Source: Rikenellaceae bacterium DTU001 (GTDB taxonomy: Bacteria; Bacteroidota; Bacteroidia; Bacteroidales; DTU049). From it: a DNA stretch of 64,000 bases. The notes under the pieces are model-generated. The model had not been told where the DNA came from. It searched no databases and was given only the letters and a program-made list of their open reading frames with translations. The position numbers and the translations under genes were made by a program. Of the stretch, positions 27,686 to 38,620 are shown piece by piece. Location of the stretch: the NCBI GenBank assembly GCA_001512885.1, contig LFSZ01000043.1, positions 2,314 to 66,313 on the forward strand, given 5' to 3'. Position 1 is the first letter of the stretch. Every line of letters begins with the position of its first letter.

Positions 27686-30075
27686 TTTTTATTTTTTTTG
27701 GTTTTATGATTTTCTATGATAAATTTTATTTCATCATCGGTGATAGTATTTATATCTGTCCCTTTAGGTATAGGTATATTGCCATCATCAGTTTTAATAT
27801 AAGGTCCATAACGACCTATCAATAATTGTATCAATGGTTTTTCAGAAATAGTTTTAATAAGTCCAGTAGGTTGTTTGATTATTTCGATGGCTTCATCGAG
27901 TGTAAACTCTGTCAAAGGTTTATCTAGTTTTTTGATAGAATAAAATTTATCCTTATACAAAACATACGGACCATATCTACCGATGTTTACTACCACTTTA
28001 CTACCTTGATAATCGCCGAGCTCTTTAGGTAGTTCAAAAAACTTCAAAGCTTCTTCCAACGTTATTTTATTGAAATCAATATTTTGTCTCTTATTTATAG
28101 AAACATATGAAGGTTTTTCGTTATCAGTATAATCGCCTAGTTGCAATGCCATACCATGCTTAGTATAAGTAATGTAAACATTTTTATTAGTTTTAGGATC
28201 CACTCCTAATAATCGAGAAATATGTTGTTTGCTAGAAGTTTCTATAGCTTCTAATACTTTGGGATGAAAATCTTTGTAAAAATCTCTAAGCATATCTTGC
28301 CATTCTTCTTGACCGAGGGCAATTTTATCAAAGCGTTCTTCTATTTCAGCAGTGAAATTATAATCCATGATATCAGGGAAATGTTTCATTAAAAAATCTG
28401 TAACTACCTTACCAAGCTCTGTAGAGATTAATTTTTGCTTTTCACCACCATATTTTTCTTTCTTTTCTGTATCTTTTATTTTTTTAGAATTATCTAAAGT
28501 ATAAATTTTTATATTTCTCTCCTTAGCAGGGATGCTCCTTTTATCTACATAATCTCTTTGCTGAATAGTAGTGATGATAGTAGCGTAAGTAGATGGACGA
28601 CCTATGCCTAACTCTTCTAATTTTTTAACTAGTGCAGCTTCATTGTAATGATAAGGAGGATTGGTAAATGATTGCTTGGCAGTTATATCTTTAAAGTCCA
28701 ATCTATCATCAATTTTAAATTTAGAAATATCTATTGCAGAGGTGATTTCCTTTACATCATCATCATCATCTTTTTCTTGATAAATTTTTAAATAACCATC
28801 AAAAACTAAAGATTCGCTTTTAGCTAAGAAGAGATGTTTATTCTGGTCAGATGCAATAGAAATGGTAGCTCTTATAAATTCTGCATCAGACATTTGTGAA
28901 GCTATGGTGCGTCGCCAGATAAGCTCATAGAGTCTTTTCATTTGTTGTGTGGCCTCTATAGTAGATTTAGATAAATCTGTAGGTCGTATAGCTTCGTGAG
29001 CTTCTTGAGCACCCTTTACTTTATTTTTGTATTGCCTACGTTTATAATATTTTTCGCCATAATTTTTAGTAATAAACTCTTTAGCAGCATTCAGAGCTAA
29101 ATTACTAAGAGTCACACTATCTGTTCTCATATATGTGATCAATCCAGCTTCATATAATTGCTGAGCGATGTTCATTGTTTGTGAAACGCTAAATCTTAGC
29201 TGTTTAGCTGCCTCCTGTTGTAGAGTAGAAGTGATAAATGGCGGTGGTGGAGTACGCTTAGCAGGATGCTGCTTTATATCTTTGATAGTAAATATTGCAT
29301 TTTTAGATTTTTCTAAAAAATTTAAAGCATCTTTTTCTTTTTTAAATTCATGATTTAACTCTGCTGAGAGTAAAATATCTGGTTTTTCTAATAAGAAAAA
29401 ATTTCCAGAAATTTTATATGATTCTTCGGCAACGAATCTTTCAATTTCTCTATCCCTTTCGACTATCAGACTCAATCCGACAGACTGCACTCTACCAGCA
29501 GAAAGATTTTTAGCTATTTTTCTCCATAAAACAGGTGATAATTCATAACCAACTAGACGATCTAAAATACGACGAGCCTGTTGAGCATTTACAAGATTAT
29601 AATCTATACCTCGTGGATTTTTAATAGCCTCTTCGATAGCAGATTTTGTAATTTCATGAAAAGTAATCCTTTTTAATTTATCTTCAGGTATTTCTAATGC
29701 TTCGGCTAGATGCCAGCTAATAGCCTCTCCTTCTCTATCTTCATCTGTAGCCAACCATACCAATTCACTTTGATTGCTAGCAGCACTTAATTGATTTATA
29801 ACTTTCTCTTTGCCTTTTATAATCACATATTTAGGTTCGAAATTTTTCTCTACATCTACACCTAACTCACCTTTTGGCAAATCGCGTATATGCCCAAAAC
29901 TTGATAATACTGTAAAATCGCTTCCTAAATATTTTTCGATAGTTTTGGCTTTAGCCGGAGACTCTACTATTACTAAATTTTTACCTTTTAATGTATAGGT
30001 ACTACTTTTATTTGTTGTTTTTTTACTTGTACTAGATTTTTTTTCTTTTTTTTCTTCTTTACTTTGTTTAGCCAC
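27682..30075 (-). CDS. topA: DNA topoisomerase I
   Basis: IVESPAKAKTI, ATDEDREGE, SAGRVQ, ITYMRTD, GIGRPSTYA, C-terminal GRYGPY repeats. Confidence 0.97.
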   Translation of the reverse strand: MAKQSKEEKKEKKSSTSKKTTNKSSTYTLKGKNLVIVESPAKAKTIEKYLGSDFTVLSSFGHIRDLPKGELGVDVEKNFEPKYVIIKGKEKVINQLSAASNQSELVWLATDEDREGEAISWHLAEALEIPEDKLKRITFHEITKSAIEEAIKNPRGIDYNLVNAQQARRILDRLVGYELSPVLWRKIAKNLSAGRVQSVGLSLIVERDREIERFVAEESYKISGNFFLLEKPDILLSAELNHEFKKEKDALNFLEKSKNAIFTIKDIKQHPAKRTPPPPFITSTLQQEAAKQLRFSVSQTMNIAQQLYEAGLITYMRTDSVTLSNLALNAAKEFITKNYGEKYYKRRQYKNKVKGAQEAHEAIRPTDLSKSTIEATQQMKRLYELIWRRTIASQMSDAEFIRATISIASDQNKHLFLAKSESLVFDGYLKIYQEKDDDDDVKEITSAIDISKFKIDDRLDFKDITAKQSFTNPPYHYNEAALVKKLEELGIGRPSTYATIITTIQQRDYVDKRSIPAKERNIKIYTLDNSKKIKDTEKKEKYGGEKQKLISTELGKVVTDFLMKHFPDIMDYNFTAEIEERFDKIALGQEEWQDMLRDFYKDFHPKVLEAIETSSKQHISRLLGVDPKTNKNVYITYTKHGMALQLGDYTDNEKPSYVSINKRQNIDFNKITLEEALKFFELPKELGDYQGSKVVVNIGRYGPYVLYKDKFYSIKKLDKPLTEFTLDEAIEIIKQPTGLIKTISEKPLIQLLIGRYGPYIKTDDGNIPIPKGTDINTITDDEIKFIIENHKTKKNKK

Positions 30076-30353
30076 AATATTTCCTTTTTTTTATTGTGCA
30101 AAAATATATAAAAATAATTTTATTGTATTTTGGTAAATCATTTTTTCAAATATAAAAATAATCTACCGGTAATATCTATGTTGTCGTATAAATCTATAAA
30201 AACGGGAATACTTATTAAACAATTAAATGATAGTGAACTTTAGCTTTGCAAAATAAGATACATTCTTAACTAATCCTTAAATCCAGAAAATCAAAGTTTA
30301 AAACAAAAAAATTGTATATTAATGATTATATGCAATTACTAATCATAAAAAAA

Positions 30354-31688
30354 TTAATATTTCTTGAGCCAATTCCACAGTTCTTTATATGAAGGTTTTT
30401 TGCCATAGGTAAGTATGCCAATTCTATATATTTTAGAGGAAATATATGCTGATAGTATAAAAGTAAGCACTAAGATAGCCATAGATGTTATAATAAGCCA
30501 TAATGGTGGATTAAAAGGTATGAGTCCAATCATTATCACAGGAGAAGTAAAAGGAAAAAGGCTGAAAAAGATAGAAACTCCGCCCGTAGGGTTGTTAAAT
30601 ATAGGTTGCAAACAAATGATAGCTAAGATTAGTGGTATTGTGATCGGTAGCATAAATTGATTAGTATCATCTTGATTATCTACTGCTGCACCTATAGCAG
30701 CAAAAAGCGTTGCATAAATCAGATAACCAAAGATAAAATAAAATAAAAACAATAAAAGATATAATGGAATATTTATATTAGCTAAAGCTAAAAGTGCATT
30801 ATTAGAAGGACTTTCTTGTAATTTGGCAGCATTTGCTATTTGTTGAGCCTCTGATTGTGTAAGTCCTTTAGTTTGTATATTTACGATTTCTGGCTCGGTA
30901 TATTTAAAAAGTTGAGGAAAAGCTTGCTGTACTCCGAAAATGATTAACACTGTTAGCAAGATCCACGTAACAAATTGTGTAAGACCTACTAACAAAACTG
31001 CTATTACTTTGCCGATCATTAGATGAATAGACTTCACAGAGCTGATAATGATCTCTACAATTCTATTAAGCTTCTCTTCCATTACTGAACGCAATACCAT
31101 AGAGCCATACATAAATACAAAGAAATATATTATTAATGCCATTACAAAGCCCAAAATTGTAGCTACAGTACTAGAAGCTACTTTTTCTACTCCCCCTTTA
31201 TAAGTATAATTATTTACTTTTACGTCTGCATTTATTTGCTCGAGGATTTGATTATTGATACCATATAAGGCTAATCTATGTTTTTCTAATTCACTTTTAA
31301 GTACTGATTCTATATTATTTATTACAGATTGATTTATAGCATTTTTAGACCATATACGTGGTGTCTGTGGTGAGTTAATAAATGAGATAGGAATATAAAG
31401 TATAGCATCATATTTGTCTTCATCTAATAACTTTTTAGCACTGTCTACAGGCAGATATAACAAAGTGTATCTAGCTAGAGCATTAGTCTCGAGCCCCTTG
31501 TATATAAAACCTGTTTCATCTATCACACCCACTGATATTTGAGCTTCATTAATGTGAGAAATATATATAGGTATAACAAATATGCTAGCTAATATTATGG
31601 GCCCAAGTAATGTAATTACAATAAAGCTAGTTTTCTTTACTATATTTAGATATTCTCTTTTAATTATTATAGGTAATTTGCTCTTCAT
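30354..31688 (-). CDS. ABC-2 type transporter permease (NatB/YhaP-like)
   Basis: 'IIKREY', 'EEKLNRIVEIIISSV', 'IYRIGIL.YGKK'. Confidence 0.9.
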   Translation of the reverse strand: MKSKLPIIIKREYLNIVKKTSFIVITLLGPIILASIFVIPIYISHINEAQISVGVIDETGFIYKGLETNALARYTLLYLPVDSAKKLLDEDKYDAILYIPISFINSPQTPRIWSKNAINQSVINNIESVLKSELEKHRLALYGINNQILEQINADVKVNNYTYKGGVEKVASSTVATILGFVMALIIYFFVFMYGSMVLRSVMEEKLNRIVEIIISSVKSIHLMIGKVIAVLLVGLTQFVTWILLTVLIIFGVQQAFPQLFKYTEPEIVNIQTKGLTQSEAQQIANAAKLQESPSNNALLALANINIPLYLLLFLFYFIFGYLIYATLFAAIGAAVDNQDDTNQFMLPITIPLILAIICLQPIFNNPTGGVSIFFSLFPFTSPVIMIGLIPFNPPLWLIITSMAILVLTFILSAYISSKIYRIGILTYGKKPSYKELWNWLKKY

Positions 31689-32634
31689 GATCGTAGATTT
31701 CTTCTTTTTGTTGTACTACAGTTACAAATATATCATGCATACTAGGTAGCTGTTCTCTAAAAGAGATGATCTCTCCTAGTTCTATTACTAATAGTAATAT
31801 TTCATTAGATTTTATTGGCAAGTTAGATGTGATAGATATAGTGTTTTTGTCATTATTATTTTTATTAACTCTATTGATAGTAAAATGAGGATGATTTTTT
31901 TGCCAGTTTTCTATTTTTTTATCATCTATTGGGTGAGCAAAAGTGACTTCAAAATGATTTTTACTAAATTTCCGTTTTATTTCATCTACTTCTCCGTAGA
32001 GTATAAGCTTAGACCTATCTATCAATACTATCTCATCGCAAAGCTCTTCTACAGACTCCATATTATGAGTAGAGAGTAAAATGGTAGCTCCTTTATTTTT
32101 TAATTCTATGATTTCATTTTTTAATATATCTACATTAATAGGATCGAAACCACTAAAAGGTTCATCAAAGATCATAAGTCGCGGAGAATGAATCACAGTA
32201 ATGATAAATTGTACTTTTTGTTGCATCCCTTTAGATAATTCCTCTACTTTGCGTCCAAGCCAAGATTTTATTTCAAGCTTTTCGAACCAATAATTAATCC
32301 TTTCTCTGGCTTGCTTCTGAGATAATCCTTTTAGCTGTGAAAGATATAGTACCTGATCGCCAACGGACATTTTTTTATACAAGCCTCGCTCCTCTGGTAG
32401 ATAACCAATCTGCTCCATATGCTTATCTGTCAGTGGCTCATCGAAAAGTAATATTTCTCCATTGTCAGGTGGTATGATATTATTGATTATTCTCAAAAGT
32501 GTTGTTTTGCCAGCACCATTTGGACCTAAAATACCAAAAATACTTCCCGTAGGTACTTCAAAGCTAACATTATCTAAAGCTGTATGTTCTCTATATCGCT
32601 TAGTTATATTAGAAACTACTATAGCATTATTCAT
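31660..32634 (-). CDS. ABC transporter ATP-binding protein (YhaQ-like)
   Basis: GPNGAGKT, LSKGMQQ, DEPFSGFDP. Confidence 0.92.
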   Translation of the reverse strand: MNNAIVVSNITKRYREHTALDNVSFEVPTGSIFGILGPNGAGKTTLLRIINNIIPPDNGEILLFDEPLTDKHMEQIGYLPEERGLYKKMSVGDQVLYLSQLKGLSQKQARERINYWFEKLEIKSWLGRKVEELSKGMQQKVQFIITVIHSPRLMIFDEPFSGFDPINVDILKNEIIELKNKGATILLSTHNMESVEELCDEIVLIDRSKLILYGEVDEIKRKFSKNHFEVTFAHPIDDKKIENWQKNHPHFTINRVNKNNNDKNTISITSNLPIKSNEILLLVIELGEIISFREQLPSMHDIFVTVVQQKEEIYDHEEQITYNN

Positions 32635-32734
32635 AATTATTAAAAGATAAATAAATTAAATGCAAAATTAATAAAAATGAGAAAATTAACAATGATTGTA
32701 ATAAAATATTTTTTTAATAAAAATTAGTTTGCTT

Positions 32735-33583
32735 TCAATACGCCATAGCTTCTAATTTCTCAATTCTTTTTTCAATCGGAGGGTGGGTTGATAATAAAGC
32801 TGCTAATCCTCCTTTTTTGAATGGATTAATAATGAGCATATGAGTAGCTGCAGGATTAATTTCATTTTCTGTAACAGGTTTCATTTTAGCATAAGCATCC
32901 ATTTTTCGTAAAGCATTAGCTAGATATAAAGGATTACGAGCAAGCTTAGCACCTTTTTCATCAGCTACATATTCACGAGTACGTGAAATAGCTAATTGAA
33001 TTATCATAGCTAAAATAGGAGTAATTATTATCATAATGAGAGTAGCTAATAAATTGCCGATTCCACCACCTTTATTATCACCACCAAAGATATTTGCAAA
33101 ATAAGCAACACGAGCTAACATAGCTATAGCACTAGCTATCACTGCTGCTAATGAAGAAATCAGGATATCTCTATTAGCAATATGAGCAATTTCATGAGCT
33201 AATACTCCTTTTATCTCATTTTGATCTAATATTTCTAATAATCCTTTGGTTACTGCGACAGCACTATGTTTAGGACTACGACCTGTAGCAAAAGCATTGG
33301 GTACTTCTATGTTTGAAATATATACTCTAGGCTTTGGGATGCCAGCCTCAGTAGCCAATTCTTCCACTATTCTATGAAGTTGAGGTGCTTCGGATTCTGA
33401 AACTTCTTTAGCTCTAAACATCGATAGTGCTATTTTGTCAGAATAAAAAAAGGAGATCCCATTCATCAATAAAGCGATAAAAAATGCTATAAACATTCCA
33501 CTCTCACCACCTATTAGATATCCTACACCCATAAATAGTGCAAACATTAATCCTAATAAAAATGCAGTTCTGACTTTATTCAT
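32735..33583 (-). CDS. htpX: Zinc metalloprotease HtpX
   Basis: PNAFATGR, HEIAH, SRTREYVAD, STHPP. Confidence 0.95.
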   Translation of the reverse strand: MNKVRTAFLLGLMFALFMGVGYLIGGESGMFIAFFIALLMNGISFFYSDKIALSMFRAKEVSESEAPQLHRIVEELATEAGIPKPRVYISNIEVPNAFATGRSPKHSAVAVTKGLLEILDQNEIKGVLAHEIAHIANRDILISSLAAVIASAIAMLARVAYFANIFGGDNKGGGIGNLLATLIMIIITPILAMIIQLAISRTREYVADEKGAKLARNPLYLANALRKMDAYAKMKPVTENEINPAATHMLIINPFKKGGLAALLSTHPPIEKRIEKLEAMAY

Positions 33584-33660
33584 AATTACTTTAATTTTTT
33601 ATTTTTGCTCAAAATATATGCCAAATATTATTATTAAAATATTTTTTAAATAATTACAAT

Positions 33661-34956
33661 TCATTTCGAAATACTAAAAACATGTAAAAGTCTAAAATAT
33701 CTATCACTCTCTTCTCTATAATAAATCAAGCCTTGATACTCATTTTCTGTTTCAGAATGATTGCCTTCGAAATATGAAATATTTAATATATCTGTTTGAT
33801 TTGGCACTAATGCATAAGCATAATTATAATAACCTTGCTTTAGTAATAAACAAAGTTCGTATTGTTTAGCTTCATAGTTATATTGCATTCTATATCTTGG
33901 AATAATTTCATAATTAGTAAAATCTCCTATTAGATAGACGGCTCCCTCAGTAATAGGTTCACTTTTGATAGCAAAATGCACATAATAGTATTCACTTTCT
34001 GTATTTATATTACTGTATAAATCATTAGAAATAAAAAATCTACCATTTAAATCTGGTTGTCTAAGATATTGAGTATATCGCCGTGATATATCTGGCACCA
34101 AATATACATGTACAGTCTCGCTGTCGTGCATGATTCCGGCTAAATTGCCAGTTTGGTATGATATGCTTCTAATATCAAAATATCTAAATTCGTTATTCCC
34201 ATCAAAAGTTGTAAAATTTTTTGCAGATTCATCGAAATAAACAATATTATCTTTCATATAAGTAGGTTTTATATTGCAATGAGCATCTATCCATCTACCG
34301 TTTTGGAGTAAACACACATATAAGCGTTCATAAATATTATTGAATACTATATTATTGCTGGTAAAGCTAAAGAGCACTTGTTGACGATAAAATCTTTCAG
34401 TTACATCACTAGCAAATATTACATGAGCATTTACTAAAAGTGCTTGCTCACTTACGACAAATCTTTTACTAAAAGCTTTACTATATTTATTATTTTCTTT
34501 GTCATGGTAATAAACTGTTAGTAAATAATTTCCACTCCTTTTAAATTTGATATCTTCATTAGGAAAATAATAATAATAATTTATATATGATATTAGTGTA
34601 TTGCGAGAAAAACTATAATCAAATATAGGATTTTCATTAAAACCTTCAATAAAATCAGTGATAGGCTCATCTAAGATTTGCCATTCTGGCGAGCAAGGAC
34701 TAAAAACTACATAAAGATCATATACTTCATCTACTAACATATCAAATGATAATTGCAATGCATTGCCTTTAGCTAAATCTATCACAGGAAATTTGAATTC
34801 CCACGAAGTATCTAATAATAATATGGTAGCAAATCTCTCATCATAAACTCCGTCAAACGTATTTTCTATATCATATATATAATAATCATATTGGGCAAAC
34901 AAATACAATGGTAAAAAGAAAATAAAAATAGACTTAATAATTTTTTTATTTAACAT
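33661..34956 (-). CDS. DUF5103-like protein (T9SS plug family)
   Basis: 'LSFD', 'SGNYLL', 'NEFRYFD', 'LLKQGYYNY.Y', 'EGNHSETENEY'; family recalled from memory. Confidence 0.7.
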   Translation of the reverse strand: MLNKKIIKSIFIFFLPLYLFAQYDYYIYDIENTFDGVYDERFATILLLDTSWEFKFPVIDLAKGNALQLSFDMLVDEVYDLYVVFSPCSPEWQILDEPITDFIEGFNENPIFDYSFSRNTLISYINYYYYFPNEDIKFKRSGNYLLTVYYHDKENNKYSKAFSKRFVVSEQALLVNAHVIFASDVTERFYRQQVLFSFTSNNIVFNNIYERLYVCLLQNGRWIDAHCNIKPTYMKDNIVYFDESAKNFTTFDGNNEFRYFDIRSISYQTGNLAGIMHDSETVHVYLVPDISRRYTQYLRQPDLNGRFFISNDLYSNINTESEYYYVHFAIKSEPITEGAVYLIGDFTNYEIIPRYRMQYNYEAKQYELCLLLKQGYYNYAYALVPNQTDILNISYFEGNHSETENEYQGLIYYREESDRYFRLLHVFSISK

Positions 34957-35011
34957 TTTTTTAATTTTTTCAAAATTAAAAATTAAACTTTAAAATAAGA
35001 AAAATAATATA

Positions 35012-35042
35012 TTTGCAATAGTTGCAATTTTATTTAATTTTG
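35012..35042 (+). promoter_or_regulatory. Bacteroidota housekeeping promoter of the wzm-like gene
   Basis: TTTG-N19-TAATTTTG, full -33/-7 consensus. Confidence 0.7.
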
Positions 35043-35061
35043 CAAATATATTATTATTTAG

Positions 35062-35883
35062 ATGGAGATAGAGATAAAGCCACCTGGTAAATGGAGTTTT
35101 TTTGATGTTAAAGAGCTTGCTTTTTATAAAGACACTCTTTATTTTTTAGCATGGAAAGATATCAAAATAAAATATAAACAAGCAGTTTTAGGCTTTTTAT
35201 GGGCTTTTATCCAGCCCATAGCTATGACTGCTGTATTTGTGATTTTTAATTTAGCTATTAATGTTACATTAGGCGATGTCAATATACCATATCCATTATT
35301 TGTACTCTCAGGGGTGATGCTATGGAATCTTTTCGGTAATGCAGTAACAACTACTTCTAATAGTGTTGTAAGCAATGCTAATATTCTAAAAAAAATATAT
35401 TTTCCTAGAATTTTTTTCCCAATGAGTTCTCTATTGGTCAATCTTTTTGATTTTTTCATTACATTATTGATTTATATTCCAGTGATGGTGTATTTTAAAG
35501 TTTACCCCAATTGGGATATTATATACATTTTGCCTATTTGTGTATTATTAGTTTCTATATTAGTATTAGGAATAGGTTCATTTTTTGGTGCATTAAATGT
35601 GAAATATAGAGATGTCAAGTATGTAATTCCTTTTATTATCCAACTTTTATTTTTTATTTCTCCAGTATTTTATTCTAATAATCAAATAGCTATACCATGG
35701 TTGAAATCTGCTTATTACTTAAACCCAATGACTGGTGTCATCGAATTATTTAGGTATGGCCTTTTTGGTACACAAATAAATCAATTCGGATTATCGATAA
35801 GTATTATAATATCATTTGTCTGTCTAATAGTTGGCTTATATTATTTCAGAAAGACAGAATATTTCTTTGCAGATATATCATAG
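35062..35883 (+). CDS. Wzm-like ABC-2 polysaccharide export permease
   Basis: 'KDIKIKYKQAVLGFLWAFIQP', 'KKIYFPR', 'YRDV', 'NPM', 'FADI'. Confidence 0.9.
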   Translation: MEIEIKPPGKWSFFDVKELAFYKDTLYFLAWKDIKIKYKQAVLGFLWAFIQPIAMTAVFVIFNLAINVTLGDVNIPYPLFVLSGVMLWNLFGNAVTTTSNSVVSNANILKKIYFPRIFFPMSSLLVNLFDFFITLLIYIPVMVYFKVYPNWDIIYILPICVLLVSILVLGIGSFFGALNVKYRDVKYVIPFIIQLLFFISPVFYSNNQIAIPWLKSAYYLNPMTGVIELFRYGLFGTQINQFGLSISIIISFVCLIVGLYYFRKTEYFFADIS

Positions 35884-36091
35884 ATAGTAAATACTAGTTT
35901 TTATTTTAATCACAAATATTCTTTACTTTTTAATAAATTAAAATTTATGAGATATGAAAGTATATTACATGTTTAAAAAAAAATAATATAAAAATTCAAA
36001 AAAGATTACTCTATATTTTTTATTAAAATACAAATTAAAATTTTTTTTATTTAAAAAAAATTAATAATTTTGCAATTCAAAATTCAATATA

Positions 36092-36403
36092 ATGTTTGCA
36101 ATAGTAGAATTAGGGGGTAAACAGTTTAAAATAACTGAAGGCAAAAAGCTATATATCGACAGATTAAATGCTGAACTAGAAAGCATTTTAGAAGTAGACA
36201 AAGTTTACTTAATAGCAAATGATGAAGGTGTGAAAGTAGGCAAACCAATAGTAGAAGGTGCTAAAGTTACTATTAAAGTTTTAGAGCATTTAAAAGGACC
36301 AAAAGTAACAGTTTTTAAAAAGAAACGTCGTAAGGGTTACAGAGTGAAAAAAGGTTTTCGTCCTTATTTAACTAAAGTTGAAGTTTTAAATATTAAAGCA
36401 TAA
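36092..36403 (+). CDS. rplU: 50S ribosomal protein L21
   Basis: [13 protein letters not shown]...KKKRRKGYR. Confidence 0.97.
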   Translation: MFAIVELGGKQFKITEGKKLYIDRLNAELESILEVDKVYLIANDEGVKVGKPIVEGAKVTIKVLEHLKGPKVTVFKKKRRKGYRVKKGFRPYLTKVEVLNIKA

Positions 36404-36419
36404 AAAAAGGAAATTATAT

Positions 36420-36674
36420 ATGGCACATAAAAAAGGTGTAGGAAGTTCTCGCAATGGTAGAGAATCCGAAAGTAAACGATTAGGGGTTAAAAAATTTGGT
36501 GGCCAGTATGTAAAAGCTGGTAATATTATAGTTCGTCAACGTGGTACTAAACATTATCCAGGTGAAAATGTAGGCATCGGCAGAGATCATACTTTGTATG
36601 CTTTGAAAGATGGTATAGTAGAATTCAAAAAGACACGTGGAAATAAATCCTATGTTTCTATAAAAGTAAATTAA
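36420..36674 (+). CDS. rpmA: 50S ribosomal protein L27
   Basis: [16 protein letters not shown]. Confidence 0.98.
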   Translation: MAHKKGVGSSRNGRESESKRLGVKKFGGQYVKAGNIIVRQRGTKHYPGENVGIGRDHTLYALKDGIVEFKKTRGNKSYVSIKVN

Positions 36675-36678
36675 TTGT

Positions 36679-37425
36679 TTATTCTAATGCTTCTATAAGT
36701 TCATCTGATAATTCTAAATTGTGGTATACCTCTTGCACATCATCGTCATCTTCGAGTAAATCTATTAATTTTAGTATTTTTAAAGCTTGTTCTTTTTCTA
36801 ATTTAATATAATTATTTGGTATACGTTCTAATTTAGATGATTCTGCTTCTATAGATAATCTTTCAAGTGCTTTTTGAATGTTACCAAAATTTTCACGAGC
36901 TGAATATATGATTACAAAATCATCTTCTTCTATTATATCATCAGCTCCAGCATCGATAATTTCAAGCATAAAATCATCGAAATTTTTTATTTGATCACGT
37001 TTGATGCTAAAGACACCTTTTTGATCAAATATAAAATTTAGTGATCCCGTTGTAGTAAGATTGCCCCCATGTTTATTGAAATAACTTCTAATATTAGATA
37101 TAGTTCTTTGTTGATTATCAGTAGCACATTCTACTATTATAGCCACACCATGAGGAGCATATCCTTCATAGACAAGCTCTACATAACTAGCAGAATCTTT
37201 TTCGATAGCTTTATTTATAGCCCTTTGTATATTATCCTTAGGCATGTTTACCCCTCTAGCATTAGAAATGGCTAATCTGAGCCTAGGATTAGAATCTGGG
37301 TCGGGGCCACCTTCTCTGACAGCTATTGTTATATCTTTAATGATTTTAGTAAACATTTTAGAGCGTTTAGCATCATTTGCTTCTTTTTTCCTTTTTATTG
37401 TTGACCACTTACTATGACCTGACAT
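36679..37425 (-). CDS. yebC: YebC/PmpR family protein
   Basis: MSGHSKW, NPRLR, YEGY, DDDDVQEVYHN. Confidence 0.95.
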   Translation of the reverse strand: MSGHSKWSTIKRKKEANDAKRSKMFTKIIKDITIAVREGGPDPDSNPRLRLAISNARGVNMPKDNIQRAINKAIEKDSASYVELVYEGYAPHGVAIIVECATDNQQRTISNIRSYFNKHGGNLTTTGSLNFIFDQKGVFSIKRDQIKNFDDFMLEIIDAGADDIIEEDDFVIIYSARENFGNIQKALERLSIEAESSKLERIPNNYIKLEKEQALKILKLIDLLEDDDDVQEVYHNLELSDELIEALE

Positions 37426-37492
37426 ATTATATTATTTTTACAAATTTACAAAAAAATATAATTATTTAAAACAATATTTTTTTTTTATTTTA

Positions 37493-38533
37493 TTATTCCT
37501 CTTTTTTGAAACTATCCCATCCCTGTGCTTTCAGTTCTATAGCTTCGCCGATATTATTTATTAGATACATGCCTTCGTTTGCATCTGTGATATGGCCGAT
37601 TACTGAAATATCATCTATGTTTTTTATGAGATCATATTGATTTAGTGGAATTGTAAATAACAATTCATAGTCTTCTCCACCATGCAATGCCATAGTAATG
37701 GGAGAAATATAAAACTCATCAGCTATATTAGATACCATCATATCTATTGGGATATGATCTTCGTATATTCTGCAGCCAGTATTACTCTGCCTGCATATAT
37801 GATGTAGCTCACTGGATAGACCATCACTGATATCTATCATAGCTGTGGGCAGTATATTTAATTCTCGTAGTTTATTAATAATATCTATGCGAGGTTCTGG
37901 TTTTATTTGTTTCTCTATCACATATTCATAATTTTGTAAATCGGGTTGATAATAAGGATTAGCCATAAAAGTTTTTTTCTCTCTCTGCAATATAAGTAAC
38001 CCGGCATAAGCAGTACCTAAATCACCGGTAACACAAATCAAATCATTAGGTTTGGCTCCATTACGATATACAAGATTTTCTTTATTTATATAACCCATTG
38101 CAGTAATAGAGATTATAAGTCCTTGATTAGATGACACCATATCTCCGCCTATTATATCTATTTTGTAATTTTCGCAAGCTAATCTAATTCCTTCATATAA
38201 TTCATCTATAGCCTCCAGAGTAAATCTATTAGATATCGCTAGGGTTACTGTTACATGAGCTGGTATAGCATTCATAGCTACTACATCACTTACATTTACT
38301 ACTATAGATTTGTATCCCAAATGTTTCAAAGGCATCCAACTGAGATCGAAATGTATATTCTCTACTAACATATCAGTAGTTACTACTTGTACTAAGTCTA
38401 TATCTGGTTTAATGACTGCTGCATCATCACCTATACCTTTGATTACTTTATCTTTGTTATAAATATTTATTAATTTGGCTAATCTCTCTAACAGTGCAAA
38501 TTCACCAATATTATTTAACGGAGTTAATGACAT
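37493..38533 (-). CDS. thiL: Thiamine-monophosphate kinase
   Basis: GEF, GIGDDAA, NVSDVVAM, DISDGL, GGEDYELLFT. Confidence 0.95.
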   Translation of the reverse strand: MSLTPLNNIGEFALLERLAKLINIYNKDKVIKGIGDDAAVIKPDIDLVQVVTTDMLVENIHFDLSWMPLKHLGYKSIVVNVSDVVAMNAIPAHVTVTLAISNRFTLEAIDELYEGIRLACENYKIDIIGGDMVSSNQGLIISITAMGYINKENLVYRNGAKPNDLICVTGDLGTAYAGLLILQREKKTFMANPYYQPDLQNYEYVIEKQIKPEPRIDIINKLRELNILPTAMIDISDGLSSELHHICRQSNTGCRIYEDHIPIDMMVSNIADEFYISPITMALHGGEDYELLFTIPLNQYDLIKNIDDISVIGHITDANEGMYLINNIGEAIELKAQGWDSFKKEE

Positions 38534-38620
38534 ATAAGCAATTTATTAATAATTTTTAAAAAACTACAAAATAAATAATAAAATATCAATAATAAAATTT
38601 TATAAATATCATTAAACCAA

